A stretch of 64,000 bases of DNA from Gammaproteobacteria bacterium. GTDB lineage: Bacteria; Pseudomonadota; Gammaproteobacteria; Eutrophobiales; Eutrophobiaceae. Shown here piece by piece: positions 10,162-20,154 of the stretch. Both the position numbers and the translations under genes were made by a program. Position 1 is the first letter of the stretch. The number at the start of each line of letters is the position of its first letter. Where the stretch lies: NCBI GenBank assembly GCA_965215365.1, contig CBDCDS010000003.1, positions 160,001 to 224,000 on the forward strand, given 5' to 3'. The notes under the pieces were generated by a model. That model made no database searches, was not told where the DNA came from, and saw only the letters and a program-made list of their open reading frames with translations.

Positions 10162-11118
10162 ATGACCAGCAACGTGATCATCAACAGAATCGGTATTCTT
10201 GGCGGTGGCGGTTTTGTCGGACGCACACTGGCGGCGGGGTTGTGCGCGGCCGGTTATGAGTTGAAAATATTCACGCGCCGCCGCTCCGCAAAACACTTGA
10301 GATTGAACGCGTTGCCAAACCTTGAGATGGTGGAGCTGGATGTACACGACCCGGCGCAGTTATCTGCCGGGCTCGCCGGCTGCGATGCCGTGGTCAATCT
10401 GGTCGGGATTCTGAACGCGCGGGGAACGAGTAGAGGCGGATTTCATCATGCCCATGTCGAACTGGCCGACAAGGTCATCCGCGCCTGCCAGGAAAACGGC
10501 AGCGCCCGCCTGTTGCACATGAGCGCAATTAACGCCGATGCCACAGGTGGCGCCAGCCATTATCTGCGCAGCAAGGGGTTGGCCGAAGATAATGTCCATG
10601 CCGCGCCAGACCTGCAGGTTACCAGTTACCGGCCCTCGGTGATATTTGGCCCCGAAGACAGTTTCTTCAACCGATTTGCGGCGCTGTTACGATGGATGCC
10701 GGGGGTCTTCCCACTGGCCTGTGCCAGAGCGCGGTTTGCCCCGGTGTTTGTGGAGGACGTCGCCAGGGCTATGGTCGATACACTGGCAGACCGCGCGCAT
10801 TATGGTAAACGTTACGACCTGTGTGGCCCGCGCAGCTATACGTTGCAAGAACTGGTCGAATTGACCGCCCGCTGTAGCGGCCGCAACAGGATCATCATGC
10901 CGCTGCCCGATTTTGCCGCGCGCATACAGGGCCTTGGCTTTGATCTGGCCGGTTTCGTATTCCATGCCCTGGGCATTGAACAGCCGTTCTCCACGGACAA
11001 TTACCGCTCAATGCAGGTTGATGCTGTGTGCCGGCACAACGGCTTCGCTGAGCTGGGTATCACGCCCGCGGCGCTTGAGGACATTGTGCCCGCATACCTG
11101 AGCAAGCGCCCGCGCTGA
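10162..11118 (+). CDS. NAD-dependent epimerase/dehydratase, NDUFA9-like SDR
   Basis: GGGGFVG Rossmann motif, VVNLVGIL, SHYLRSKGLAE, RPSVIFGPEDSFFNRFA. Confidence 0.9.
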   Translation: MTSNVIINRIGILGGGGFVGRTLAAGLCAAGYELKIFTRRRSAKHLRLNALPNLEMVELDVHDPAQLSAGLAGCDAVVNLVGILNARGTSRGGFHHAHVELADKVIRACQENGSARLLHMSAINADATGGASHYLRSKGLAEDNVHAAPDLQVTSYRPSVIFGPEDSFFNRFAALLRWMPGVFPLACARARFAPVFVEDVARAMVDTLADRAHYGKRYDLCGPRSYTLQELVELTARCSGRNRIIMPLPDFAARIQGLGFDLAGFVFHALGIEQPFSTDNYRSMQVDAVCRHNGFAELGITPAALEDIVPAYLSKRPR

Positions 11119-11128
11119 GCCGGTACTG

Positions 11129-12361
11129 ATGCAGATTTATCAGGTCGGCGGCGCAGTGCGGGATGAACTCCTGGGATTGGAGATAAAAGACCGCGATTGG
11201 GTCGTAGTCGGTGCCACGCCCGCGGCGATGACGGCTCTGGGATACCGGGCGGTCGGCAAGGATTTCCCGGTTTTCATCCATCCCGACACCGGTGAGGAGT
11301 ACGCGTTGGCCCGCACCGAACGTAAAACCGGGCCGGGCTACCGGGGATTTATCTTCAACACCTCCGCCAGCATTACCTTGGAACAGGACTTGCAGCGCCG
11401 GGACATTACTATCAATGCCATCGCCAGGGATGAACAGGGCGATCTGATCGACCCGTTCAATGGCCGCGCGGACCTAGAACGAAAAATCATCCGCCACGTC
11501 TCGGACGCATTTATCGAAGACCCGCTGCGGGTGTTGCGGGTGGCCCGCTTTGCCGCACAATTCGACTTTGCCATCGCTACCGAAACCGGGGCGTTACTCA
11601 AGGAGCTCAGCGCCATGGGAGAACTGGAGACCCTGGCACCGGAACGCATCTGGACAGAAACGGAAAAGGCCCTGCACACGCCTCGACCCCGGCGTTATTT
11701 TGAGGTACTGCGGCAATGCGGGGCGCTGGCCGCGCTGCTGCCCGAGATCGACGACCTATTCGGCGTCCCGCAGACCGCCCTTCATCACCCGGAGATCGAC
11801 AGCGGTGTGCATACGTTCATGGCACTGGAGCAGGCGGCAATCCTCAGCGACGCGGCCGCAGTGCGCTTTGGCGCGCTGGTGCACGACCTCGGCAAGGCGA
11901 CCACGCCCCGGCAGCTGTGGCCCAAACACCACGGCCACGAGGCACGCGGGGTCACTTTGGTCAATAGGCTGTGCAAGCGCCTGCGCGTGCCCAACCGCTA
12001 CCGCGAGCTTGGCGTGCTGGCCTCCCGCCATCATCTGGAATGTCATCGCATTGCAGAACTGAAGCCAACCACCATCCTGGACAAGCTGGAACGGCTTGAT
12101 GCCTGGCGCCGCCCGGAACGCTTTGAGCAGTTCCTGCTGGTCTGCGAAGCCGATGCGCGCGGGCGCAAAGGTAAAGAACATGAGGACTACCCACAGGCCG
12201 CTCTGTTCAGGAGCTACCGCGACGCATGCCACGCCATTGATACCAATTCCTCGGATTTCAATGACCTGCAAGGCGCACAGATTGCAGAACGCCTGCGCGT
12301 CAAACGGATTGCGGCCATCAGACGGCTGAAGACGCAAAAAATGCCCGGCTCTGCGATATAA
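11129..12361 (+). CDS. cca: Multifunctional CCA tRNA nucleotidyltransferase with HD domain
   Basis: MQIYQVGGAVRDELLG, DRDWVVVG, EDPLRVLRVARF, HHPEIDSGVH, HDLGK. Confidence 0.97.
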   Translation: MQIYQVGGAVRDELLGLEIKDRDWVVVGATPAAMTALGYRAVGKDFPVFIHPDTGEEYALARTERKTGPGYRGFIFNTSASITLEQDLQRRDITINAIARDEQGDLIDPFNGRADLERKIIRHVSDAFIEDPLRVLRVARFAAQFDFAIATETGALLKELSAMGELETLAPERIWTETEKALHTPRPRRYFEVLRQCGALAALLPEIDDLFGVPQTALHHPEIDSGVHTFMALEQAAILSDAAAVRFGALVHDLGKATTPRQLWPKHHGHEARGVTLVNRLCKRLRVPNRYRELGVLASRHHLECHRIAELKPTTILDKLERLDAWRRPERFEQFLLVCEADARGRKGKEHEDYPQAALFRSYRDACHAIDTNSSDFNDLQGAQIAERLRVKRIAAIRRLKTQKMPGSAI

Positions 12362-12391
12362 TGGCGCAGTGTCATTTCCGGAGCCACTCTG

Positions 12392-14110
12392 ATGCGTAAT
12401 TACCTTCATATCGACCTGCACAATCGTACTGTTCAAGCCGTTGCACAAACCGGGGAAGAACTGGTGCGGGTGGGGCGCTATCTGATCGCCAAGACCTTGC
12501 TTGCCGAGAACATTGCCGGTGTCGATGCCCTGTCACCCGATAACCCGTTGATTTTCTCTGCCGGACCCTTTGCCGGCACCAACTTCTCCAACGCCAACCG
12601 CACCAGCGTCGGCTGCAAGAGCCCGCTCACGGGCGGCATCAAGGAAGCCAACGCCGGCGGTACCCTAGGTGTGGCGCTGGGCCAGTTGCACCTGTCGGGC
12701 TTCACCTTGCATGGGGCCGCCGCTGACTGGGTGATCATCCACCTGCGCAAAGATGGCAGTGTCAGCTTCGACCCTGCTGCGGATTTCATGGGCCTGGGCA
12801 ACTTTGAGACGGCGGCCCGGTTGCATGAGAAATACGGCAAAAAAGTCAGTCTGGCACTGTGCGGTCCGGTGGGTGAATATCAGGGGTTGCTGGCCGGGAT
12901 TGCCGTGAGTGACACCGACCGGCGGCCTGCCCGGCTGGCTGCACGTGGGGGCGTGGGCGCAGTCATGGGCAGCAAGAAGGTGAAGGCCGTGGTGGCCGAC
13001 CTGAACCGCATGCCGACGCTGCATGAGCGTAAAAAGGTCATGGGCGCAGTGCGCAGCTATGCGGACAAACTGGGTAAGGACGCAATGATCGACAGCTTCA
13101 AGCGCTTCGGCACTGCCGCCATGGCGGACTATACCAACCATGTGGGCGGTCTGCCGGTGCGTAATTTTTCTGCCGGGCGTCTGGTCGATACCAATGTCGA
13201 AGCCATGAAAATGGGCGGCGATTTCATCCGTGAGCAAAATCTCGCCCGCGGCGGTGAGCAGGAACATGCCTGCATGCCCGGTTGCCTGATCCAGTGCAGT
13301 AACGTTTACGCCGACGCCGATGGCAACGAGGTAGTCTCGCCAGTGGAGTACGAGACTCTGGGGCTGCTGGGCACCAACTGCGGCATCAAGGAACCTGATG
13401 CTCTGGCTCGACTGAATGCCGTTGCCAACGACTTGGGTATCGACACCATCGAAGCCGGCGCTATGGTGGGCGTGCTCATGGAAGCCGGTCTGGCTGAGTT
13501 CGGCGATGTGGATTTTGCCCACAACGTGCTGGAACAGGTTCGCACCGGCACCGAACAGGGCCGGTTGTGGGCGCAAGGCACGGCCGCGGTCGGGGCACAC
13601 TATGGCGTCAAACGGGTGCCGGTCATCAAACGTCAGGCCATCAGCGCCTACGACCCGCGCGTCATCGAGGTCACCGGCGTCACCATGATGCTCACCGCCC
13701 AGGGCGCCGACCATACCGCCGGCAACGTCCCGAAAATGGAAACCGCAGACAAGTCCCTGGCTGAGATCGCCGATGCCAGCCACGACGCGCAGGTAGTCAC
13801 CGCAGCCACCGATTCCTTAGGATTTTGCATATTCGGCCGCAGCGTGACCAATGCCCAACTGGAGCTGCTCACAGACGCCATTAACGCCGCGGTGGGGACT
13901 GAGCTGCAACCCGCCTTCTTCCACGCACTGGGTCGGGAGACCCTGCGCCTAGAACGGGAGTTCAACCGGGCCGCCGGCTTCACCGAGGCCGATGATGAGC
14001 TACCCGAGTTCTTCTACACCGAAGCACTGGAGCCGAGCAACCGCGTGGCCCGCTTTCATGCCAGGGAGGTCAACGAATTTGCCGACAACTGGTGGCGGCA
14101 ACAGGACTGA
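12392..14110 (+). CDS. Aldehyde:ferredoxin oxidoreductase (W/Mo-pterin AOR family)
   Basis: KSPLTGGIKEANAGG, ARGGVGAVMGSKKVKA, CMPGCLIQC Fe-S ligands, EYET, NDLGIDTIE, GADH, DSLGFC. Confidence 0.9.
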   Translation: MRNYLHIDLHNRTVQAVAQTGEELVRVGRYLIAKTLLAENIAGVDALSPDNPLIFSAGPFAGTNFSNANRTSVGCKSPLTGGIKEANAGGTLGVALGQLHLSGFTLHGAAADWVIIHLRKDGSVSFDPAADFMGLGNFETAARLHEKYGKKVSLALCGPVGEYQGLLAGIAVSDTDRRPARLAARGGVGAVMGSKKVKAVVADLNRMPTLHERKKVMGAVRSYADKLGKDAMIDSFKRFGTAAMADYTNHVGGLPVRNFSAGRLVDTNVEAMKMGGDFIREQNLARGGEQEHACMPGCLIQCSNVYADADGNEVVSPVEYETLGLLGTNCGIKEPDALARLNAVANDLGIDTIEAGAMVGVLMEAGLAEFGDVDFAHNVLEQVRTGTEQGRLWAQGTAAVGAHYGVKRVPVIKRQAISAYDPRVIEVTGVTMMLTAQGADHTAGNVPKMETADKSLAEIADASHDAQVVTAATDSLGFCIFGRSVTNAQLELLTDAINAAVGTELQPAFFHALGRETLRLEREFNRAAGFTEADDELPEFFYTEALEPSNRVARFHAREVNEFADNWWRQQD

Positions 14111-14124
14111 TGATGTTTTTGTTA

Positions 14125-14182
14125 GCCCGCAGATCTCACCAAGTGATGCGAAGATCGCGCCGGATTGGTTCTGCCTGCGGGT
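14125..14182 (+). mobile_element. 58-bp left module of MITE family 1, TA on both sides
   Basis: TA-gcccgcagatctcaccaagtg...ttggttctgcctgcgggt-TA; matches the first 58 bp of the elements at 18765-19490; abuts the TBDR stop codon. Confidence 0.85.
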
Positions 14183-16443
14183 TAAAACGAATACCGGCCC
14201 TGTATCCCCCAGGTTGGCGGCTCGTTGACCGTGCCGGTGAAGGTGGTGGAATTGTAATCCATGAAGTCGAAACTCACTACCGGGGCTTCTTCATTGGTGA
14301 TGTTGCGGCCATAAGCGGAAACCTCCCAGCTGCCGTCGCCGCTGAGGTAGCCCAGGCGCAGCCCCCCTTCAATGCGATCATCGAAGGTAAATTCAACCGA
14401 GTCATATAATTTATCGCTGATCTCGCTACGGAAGAACCAGTCCGTCAGGATATACACCTCTCCCCCCAGGGCCGGTTGCCCGTAGCGAAATACCAGATTG
14501 CCTATCCAGTCCGGGGCATTCGGCAGGGTGTTGCCGTCGATCAGGTATTCACCGGCGACCTCAGGATTAGGCTCATCCAGCACCGTGCAGGCGGCACCAC
14601 AAATCGCCACGCCTAGGTCAGGGTCACTGATTTCTGTTTCGTTCAAGCTCAAGCCGGCGGTAATAAGCACACGCTCGTTCGGGGAAAATTCCAGGTCGAC
14701 CTCGAAACCGTGGCCGATGGTCTTGTCGGCGTTAATCAACCCTATGGTGTTGAAGCCGCCGCCGATAACCGCCAGTTGTTGATCGGACATCTCATAATAG
14801 TAGCCGCTGAGGTTCAAGCGCATCCTGTTGCCAAGCAGGTAGCTTTTGATGCCACCTTCCACCGACCAGATGGTTTCGGACTCGCCGACATCCGGCACGG
14901 AATTGCGCGCCAGCACACTGGGCGCCCGATAACCGCGGGAGAAGCGCGTGTACAGGTTGACCTCATCATTCACGCTGAAGGTCAGGCTGAGGTCGCCGGT
15001 CACTTCGCTGTCCGCCACCTCGGTGAGGTAGGAACCGGCGTCGATGTCGCCATTGGCTTCGGTATAAATGGCCATATGCTCCTTGTCGTCATCGGAATAA
15101 CGCAGGCCCAGCTGCAACAGCAGCCGCTCGGTGAGGTCGTAGTCGATGGAGCCGAACAGGGCCCAGGCATTGGTCTCCTGGAACTGTTGCGCCGTCAACG
15201 GCGGCACCGTCAAGGGCGGCGCGCCGAATACCGGAAACGACGATGCCGAGATCTGATTCACGCCGATATCCTCATAGAAATAGTAAAAACCCACCAGCCA
15301 GTCGAGCCGCCCCCACTCATTGCTGGCAAATCGCAGTTCCTGGGTGAACTGATCATGCGCGGCCATGATATCGCCCGTCTCCAGCGCCCAGTTGTCGCCG
15401 AACATCAGGACCTCGCGCAAGAAGGGAACATTGCCGGGGAAAATGGGGCCGCCGATGGCACCGCCGTCCACATCTCCCCGGTTATCGTGATCGAAGACGT
15501 TATGGTAGCCGGTAATTGATGTCATCGTCACTGCGCCAAAATCATGCGTGATAGTGCCGATAATGTTCCACTGCTCCAGTTCTGAGGCCGCGCGCTCAAG
15601 GGAATCATGGGCCAGTACGTGCCGATCGACGCCGGTAAAGCCCTCACCTTTGGTGAACAGACCGGCCAGAAAACCGTTCGGCCCGTGGAACATATTGTGA
15701 TAACCGACATTCAACAGCACACTGGTGTCGGCGCTGGCATCCCACTGCAACTGCACGCGCCCGGCGATTTCTTCAAAGCCGCCAAAAGCATCGTTCTCCT
15801 CATAGCCTACGGCGATGTTATCAATGTAGTGGCCACGACCGTTGTAGAATATTGAGACCCGACCGCTGAGCGACTCGCCCAGCGCGCCGCCCAGCGCCGC
15901 TTCGACGTTGCGAAAATCATACCGGCCGTAGGACACATCAAGATAGCCCTCGGTTTCTTGCGTGGGGCGCGCCGACTCAAACTTGACCACGCCGGCGGGG
16001 GTATTACGTCCGAATAAGGTGCCCTGGGGGCCGCGCAGGATCTCCACCGATTCGATATCAAACAGCGGAAACGCCTTGGCGGAGACATTCTCCAGCACCA
16101 TGTCGTCATAGACTACCGATACCGGCTGTGAGGCGTTCTGGTCAAACGAAATGTTGCCCAGCCCGCGAATATAGAAGCGCGGTGCCACGCGCCCGTTGGA
16201 AGTCTCCACATACAGGCTGGGCACCCGCGCAGTCAGAGCCAGCACATCGACGCCAGAACCCATGATAACGTTAAAATTCTCTTCGCTTAACGTGGCCACG
16301 GAGATCGGCACATCCTGGATATTCTGTGCGCGTTTCTGCGCAGTGACCACGATTTCTTCCAGTACCGCAGCCTGGGTGGGCAGCGCCAGAGCGCAGCACA
16401 GAGTAGAGTAGAACAGTGTTAAGAGGGTACGATTGCTTGACAT
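14182..16443 (-). CDS. TonB-dependent receptor
   Basis: SD AGGAG before ATG 16443; signal peptide; LEEIVVTAQKRAQNIQDVPISV, FYIRGLG, VEILRGPQGTLFGRNTPAG; terminal Phe (RYSF). Confidence 0.94.
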   Translation of the reverse strand: MSSNRTLLTLFYSTLCCALALPTQAAVLEEIVVTAQKRAQNIQDVPISVATLSEENFNVIMGSGVDVLALTARVPSLYVETSNGRVAPRFYIRGLGNISFDQNASQPVSVVYDDMVLENVSAKAFPLFDIESVEILRGPQGTLFGRNTPAGVVKFESARPTQETEGYLDVSYGRYDFRNVEAALGGALGESLSGRVSIFYNGRGHYIDNIAVGYEENDAFGGFEEIAGRVQLQWDASADTSVLLNVGYHNMFHGPNGFLAGLFTKGEGFTGVDRHVLAHDSLERAASELEQWNIIGTITHDFGAVTMTSITGYHNVFDHDNRGDVDGGAIGGPIFPGNVPFLREVLMFGDNWALETGDIMAAHDQFTQELRFASNEWGRLDWLVGFYYFYEDIGVNQISASSFPVFGAPPLTVPPLTAQQFQETNAWALFGSIDYDLTERLLLQLGLRYSDDDKEHMAIYTEANGDIDAGSYLTEVADSEVTGDLSLTFSVNDEVNLYTRFSRGYRAPSVLARNSVPDVGESETIWSVEGGIKSYLLGNRMRLNLSGYYYEMSDQQLAVIGGGFNTIGLINADKTIGHGFEVDLEFSPNERVLITAGLSLNETEISDPDLGVAICGAACTVLDEPNPEVAGEYLIDGNTLPNAPDWIGNLVFRYGQPALGGEVYILTDWFFRSEISDKLYDSVEFTFDDRIEGGLRLGYLSGDGSWEVSAYGRNITNEEAPVVSFDFMDYNSTTFTGTVNEPPTWGIQGRYSF

Positions 16444-16612
16444 CAGATTTCTCCTGGCAGGGCGTCTCAGTCTCGGTGGTGGCCTACGGCGGGATAATAC
16501 ACCGCCTGCCGCGCATTGCAAGCGCAAATGCTGCGCTGATTTGCGTTGCCGTGGGTCACCTGAAAAAAACAGAGGTTCCCGTAACAGACCCAAGCCCGAG
16601 GCGCGGCTGTGG

Positions 16613-17335
16613 CTATCCCCGGTCGGACAGTAACGCCGCTTCCAGCGCCACCAGGATCATCTGGTCGAGGCTGGTCTGGCGTGCTTCCACCGACAGTCCG
16701 GTCAGCGTCCGGGCGTCGTCGGTAACAGTACAAAGTGCGACCGCTTTGGCGCCATATTCGGCGGCCACTCCATAAATGCCGGCTACTTCCATCTCCACCA
16801 CCGGCACGTTCAGCCGTTCCATCACGTCCCACATCTCCTGACCCGGCGGCGGGTAAAAGAGGTCCGAAGAGAACACGTTCGCCACCCGGAAGGGCGCCTC
16901 CTGCGCCGTTGCTGCGCTGACCACGCTTTGCAACAGGTCGTAATCGGCCAGGGCTGCAAAATCAAAGCCGTTGAAACGGATCCGGTTTACGTTGGAGTCG
17001 GTGGACGCCCCCATGGCAATGACGATGTCCCGCAGCTGCACCGCCGCTGAGATGGTGCCGCAACTCCCGACACGGATGATGCGCTGCACGCCATAAGCAT
17101 TGATCAATTCGGTACAATACATACAGGCCGAAGGAATGCCCACGCCATGCGCCACGACCGAAATCCTCATGCCTTTATAAAAACCGGTGAACCCCAGCAT
17201 GTTACGCACATCGGTTACCTGGCGCGCCTCAGTAAGATAGTTCTCTGCGATATATTGCGCCCGTAACGGGTCCCCGGGCATCAGCGCCATCTCGGCAAAA
17301 TCCCCCAGCGCGGCGTTAAAGATGCTTGCAGTCAT
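16613..17335 (-). CDS. deoD: Purine nucleoside phosphorylase (DeoD type)
   Basis: LMPGDPLRAQYIAENYL, VRNMLGFTG, HGVGIPS, IIRVGSCG, VEME. Confidence 0.95.
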   Translation of the reverse strand: MTASIFNAALGDFAEMALMPGDPLRAQYIAENYLTEARQVTDVRNMLGFTGFYKGMRISVVAHGVGIPSACMYCTELINAYGVQRIIRVGSCGTISAAVQLRDIVIAMGASTDSNVNRIRFNGFDFAALADYDLLQSVVSAATAQEAPFRVANVFSSDLFYPPPGQEMWDVMERLNVPVVEMEVAGIYGVAAEYGAKAVALCTVTDDARTLTGLSVEARQTSLDQMILVALEAALLSDRG

Positions 17336-17410
17336 GTTGTTGCCTCAGTTTTTCGGTGTTGATCTTCCACCTGAAAATATTACCATGCAACTTCAACCTG
17401 CGCTTGCAAC

Positions 17411-17920
17411 ATGAACAGCATACCGAAAATCACCGCCGAACCTTTGCAGGTGGATAATTTTTCTGAGTTTGGAGCGGTCATCCAAAGGCCGCCTGCGGGG
17501 GTTCGCCGATATTACAATGAACTTCTCGAGAATAGCCGCGCAGATGCACGGGTTGACCTGTCCCTTGCCTCAATCGCGCCGGTCGGCAATTTACCCATGC
17601 GTGCGACCGTGATGGAACGCCACCCGTTTTCCAGTCAGACTTTCCTGCCATTGCAAGCCTCCAGATATTTAGTCATTGTCGCGCCGGATAATGACGACGG
17701 GAGCCCGGACTTAACACGAGTCAGGGCGTTTGTGTCCGGGAGCGATCAGGGCATTACCTACCGCTGCGGCGTCTGGCACCATGGCATGACCGTGCTTGAT
17801 GAGACTGCGGTGATGGCTATAGTAATGTGGTGTGACGGCAGTAGCAAAGATGAGGAGCTTGTGACGCTTGAGACGCCCTTTGACGTTGAACCTCTCCGAA
17901 AGGCTCAGCGGCGGTCGTGA
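17411..17920 (+). CDS. allA: Ureidoglycolate lyase
   Basis: FSEFGAVI, MERHPFSSQTFLPL, YLVIVAP, QGITYRCGVWHH. Confidence 0.88.
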   Translation: MNSIPKITAEPLQVDNFSEFGAVIQRPPAGVRRYYNELLENSRADARVDLSLASIAPVGNLPMRATVMERHPFSSQTFLPLQASRYLVIVAPDNDDGSPDLTRVRAFVSGSDQGITYRCGVWHHGMTVLDETAVMAIVMWCDGSSKDEELVTLETPFDVEPLRKAQRRS

Positions 17921-17922
17921 AC

Positions 17923-17999
17923 TGGCGCCCTGGAGAGGATTCGAACCTCTGACCTTCCGCTTAGGAGGCGGACGCTCTATCCTGCTGAGCTACCAGGGC
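17923..17999 (-). tRNA. tRNA-Arg (anticodon CCT)
   Basis: Reverse complement GCCCTGGTAGCTCAGCAGGATAGAGCGTCCGCCTCCTAAGCGGAAGGTCAGAGGTTCGAATCCTCTCCAGGGCGCCA: 77 nt, T-loop TTCGAAT, anticodon loop CTCCTAA, encoded CCA. Confidence 0.97.
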
Positions 18000-18090
18000 A
18001 TGTTTGTAGGCAGTACGGCTGTGCGACCTCCAAGCATATCATCTATCGTTTCGCCTTGAGTTAAAATGAGTCAATAATCGTTCTGTCTTG

Positions 18091-18765
18091 ATGCAAAAAT
18101 ATTCAGTTATCATCCCCGCGCTGAATGAAGCGGCTTATATCGGCCCGACTCTGGCGCGGTTGCAGGCCGCGCGCGCCCGCGGGCATGAGGTCATCCTGGT
18201 GGACGGCGGCAGCAGCGACAATACCTGCGCCATTGCCGCGGGCGCGGCTGACCGCATCGTACAATGTGAACCGGGCCGCAGCCGGCAGATGAATTACGGC
18301 GCCCGCTGTGCCTCCGGTGAGGTCTTTGTTTTTCTCCACGCCGACACACTGGCGCCGGTAGCCTTCGACCGTCTCCTCGATGCGCGTGGTGTCGGCGCGC
18401 ATAACTGGGGGAGTTTCGATGTCAGGTTGTCCGGCAACCATTTCATGTTCCGTTGTATTGAAAGGCTGATGAATCTGCGTTCCCGCGCAACCGGTATCAT
18501 CATGGGAGACCAGGCCATCTTTACCGGCCGGCGCCTGTTCTGGCAACTGAACGGCTATGCCGACATCCCGTTAATGGAAGACATTGAATTGAGCGGCCGG
18601 CTGAAGAAAGTTTCTGCGCCTATCCGTATCGAACAACCGGTTGTCAGCTCGTCTCGCCGCTGGGAACGACACGGGATAGTCAAAACCACCCTACTGTGCT
18701 GGATACTGAGGGGCCGGTATGCAATCGGCGCCGACCCGCAACGCCTTGTTAAATACTATCATTAA
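18091..18765 (+). CDS. GT2 glycosyltransferase, TIGR04283-like (arsenosugar-associated family)
   Basis: SVIIPALNEA, VDGGSSD, FLHADT, GDQAIF, PLMEDIEL, SSRRWERHG. Confidence 0.85.
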   Translation: MQKYSVIIPALNEAAYIGPTLARLQAARARGHEVILVDGGSSDNTCAIAAGAADRIVQCEPGRSRQMNYGARCASGEVFVFLHADTLAPVAFDRLLDARGVGAHNWGSFDVRLSGNHFMFRCIERLMNLRSRATGIIMGDQAIFTGRRLFWQLNGYADIPLMEDIELSGRLKKVSAPIRIEQPVVSSSRRWERHGIVKTTLLCWILRGRYAIGADPQRLVKYYH

Positions 18766-19490
18766 CCCGTATCTCTCACCGGGTGATGCGAAGATCGCGC
18801 CGGATTGGTTCTGCCTGTGGGTGCCTGCGACGATGAGCATAGCGGTAGCTATGGTTGAACAAGCACGTGCCCACAGGCAGAACCAAGACCCGCGAGGGCG
18901 CATCAAGCGCAGTGGGTTAGGTGGAAAGAGCAGCAGTATTACCATAACTTATTGAGAGTAATCATGTTGCACGAGACAACAAGCGGCTTGGTGAGAGATG
19001 CGGGTTAACCCGCATCTCTCACCGGGTGATGCGAAGATCGCGCCGGATTGGTTCTGCCTGCGGGTGCCGGCGACGATGAGCATAGCGGTAGCTATGGTTG
19101 AACAAGCACGTGCCCACAGGCAGAACCAAGACCCGCGAGGGCGCATCAAGCGCAGTGGGTTAGGTGGAAAGAGCAGCAGTATTACCATAGTTTATTGAGA
19201 GTAATCATGTTGCACGAGACAACAAGCGGCTTGGTGAGAGATGCGGGTTAACCCGCATCTCTCACCGAGTGATGCGAAGATCGCGCCGGATTGGTTCTGC
19301 CTGCGGGTGCCTGCGACCGAAACCATAGTGGTTCTCTGGTTGAGGAAGCACGTGCCCGCAGGCAGAACCAAGACCAGCGAGGGCGCATCAAGCGCAGTGG
19401 GTTAGGTGGAAAGAGCAGCAGCATTACCATAACTTATTGAGAGTAATCATGTTGCACGAGACAACAAGCGGCTTGGTGAGAGATGCGGGT
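18765..19490 (+). mobile_element. Three tandem copies of MITE family 1 (18765-19005, 19008-19248, 19251-19490) separated by TA
   Basis: 243-bp period; terminal inverted repeats acccgcatctctcacc / ggtgagagatgcgggt; TA at every junction and flank; internal inverted repeat ttggttctgcctgyggg / cccrcaggcagaaccaa; no transposase. Confidence 0.92.
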
Positions 19491-20154
19491 TAAGCAGACC
19501 GCATTGCTGGTGTTCACGAAAACGCCTGTACCGGGCACAGTGAAAACCCGCTTGCTGTCGGTGCTGGACGCGCAGCAGGCCGCCGCCATCCATGCCGAAT
19601 TATTGTGCTTTACCCTGGAGGTGGCGCGCCGCGCCGCCGTGAGTACTGTCGAACTGTGGTGCACACCGACCCGGCGGCATCCGCTTCTGCAAGGTCTTGC
19701 GCGCAGGTTTGCAGTGACGCTGCAGACACAGTCTGGCGCCGACCTGGGGGAACGTATGGACGCCGCCATGACGCGGACGCTGGCAAGCCACCGGCAGGTG
19801 CTGCTTGTGGGCAGTGACTGCGTGGACCTCAGCCCGGAGGATATCAACCTTGCCCTGGAACAACTGGCCGCGGGCAGCGAGGTGGCGCTGGGGCCGGCCC
19901 TGGATGGGGGTTATTACCTGATCGGGCTGTCCAAGCCGCAACGGCGCCTGTTTGAAGGCATCGACTGGGGCACCGATCGAGTCCTGCAGCAGACCCGCGC
20001 GCGAGTGGCGCAGTTGGGGTTAAGTTTGTTTGAACTGCCGCCGCGCCGGGATTTGGATCGCCCTGAGGACTTGCGCTATTTCCGGCCGCACGCGCCGACC
20101 GGGGAAGTCATTGCCCGGCAGGCGGGTTTTCTTCCTTGGGCGCGTAATCCTTGA
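19483..20154 (+). CDS. TIGR04282 / DUF2064-like glycosyl/nucleotidyltransferase; start codon lies in the MITE end
   Basis: FTKTPVPGTVKTRL, QSGADLGERM, VGSDC, LGPALDGGYYLIG, WGTDRV, DLDRPEDL; typical partner of TIGR04283. Confidence 0.87.
   Translation: MRVKQTALLVFTKTPVPGTVKTRLLSVLDAQQAAAIHAELLCFTLEVARRAAVSTVELWCTPTRRHPLLQGLARRFAVTLQTQSGADLGERMDAAMTRTLASHRQVLLVGSDCVDLSPEDINLALEQLAAGSEVALGPALDGGYYLIGLSKPQRRLFEGIDWGTDRVLQQTRARVAQLGLSLFELPPRRDLDRPEDLRYFRPHAPTGEVIARQAGFLPWARNP

Noticed and set aside
16444-16593. Extended N-terminus of the second TBDR ORF
   Set aside because: SD and signal peptide support ATG 16443.
17923-17999. tRNA-Arg as an island integration site
   Set aside because: No duplicated tRNA 3' end or integrase seen in the window.
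18691-19430. 60-84 aa ORFs in the repeats (also 33805-34153, 13992-14228)
   Set aside because: Translations of MITE sequence on both strands with no recognisable protein motif.
18765-19490. Regular repeats as a CRISPR array
   Set aside because: Units are about 241 bp with terminal inverted repeats and no unique spacers; no cas genes in the window.
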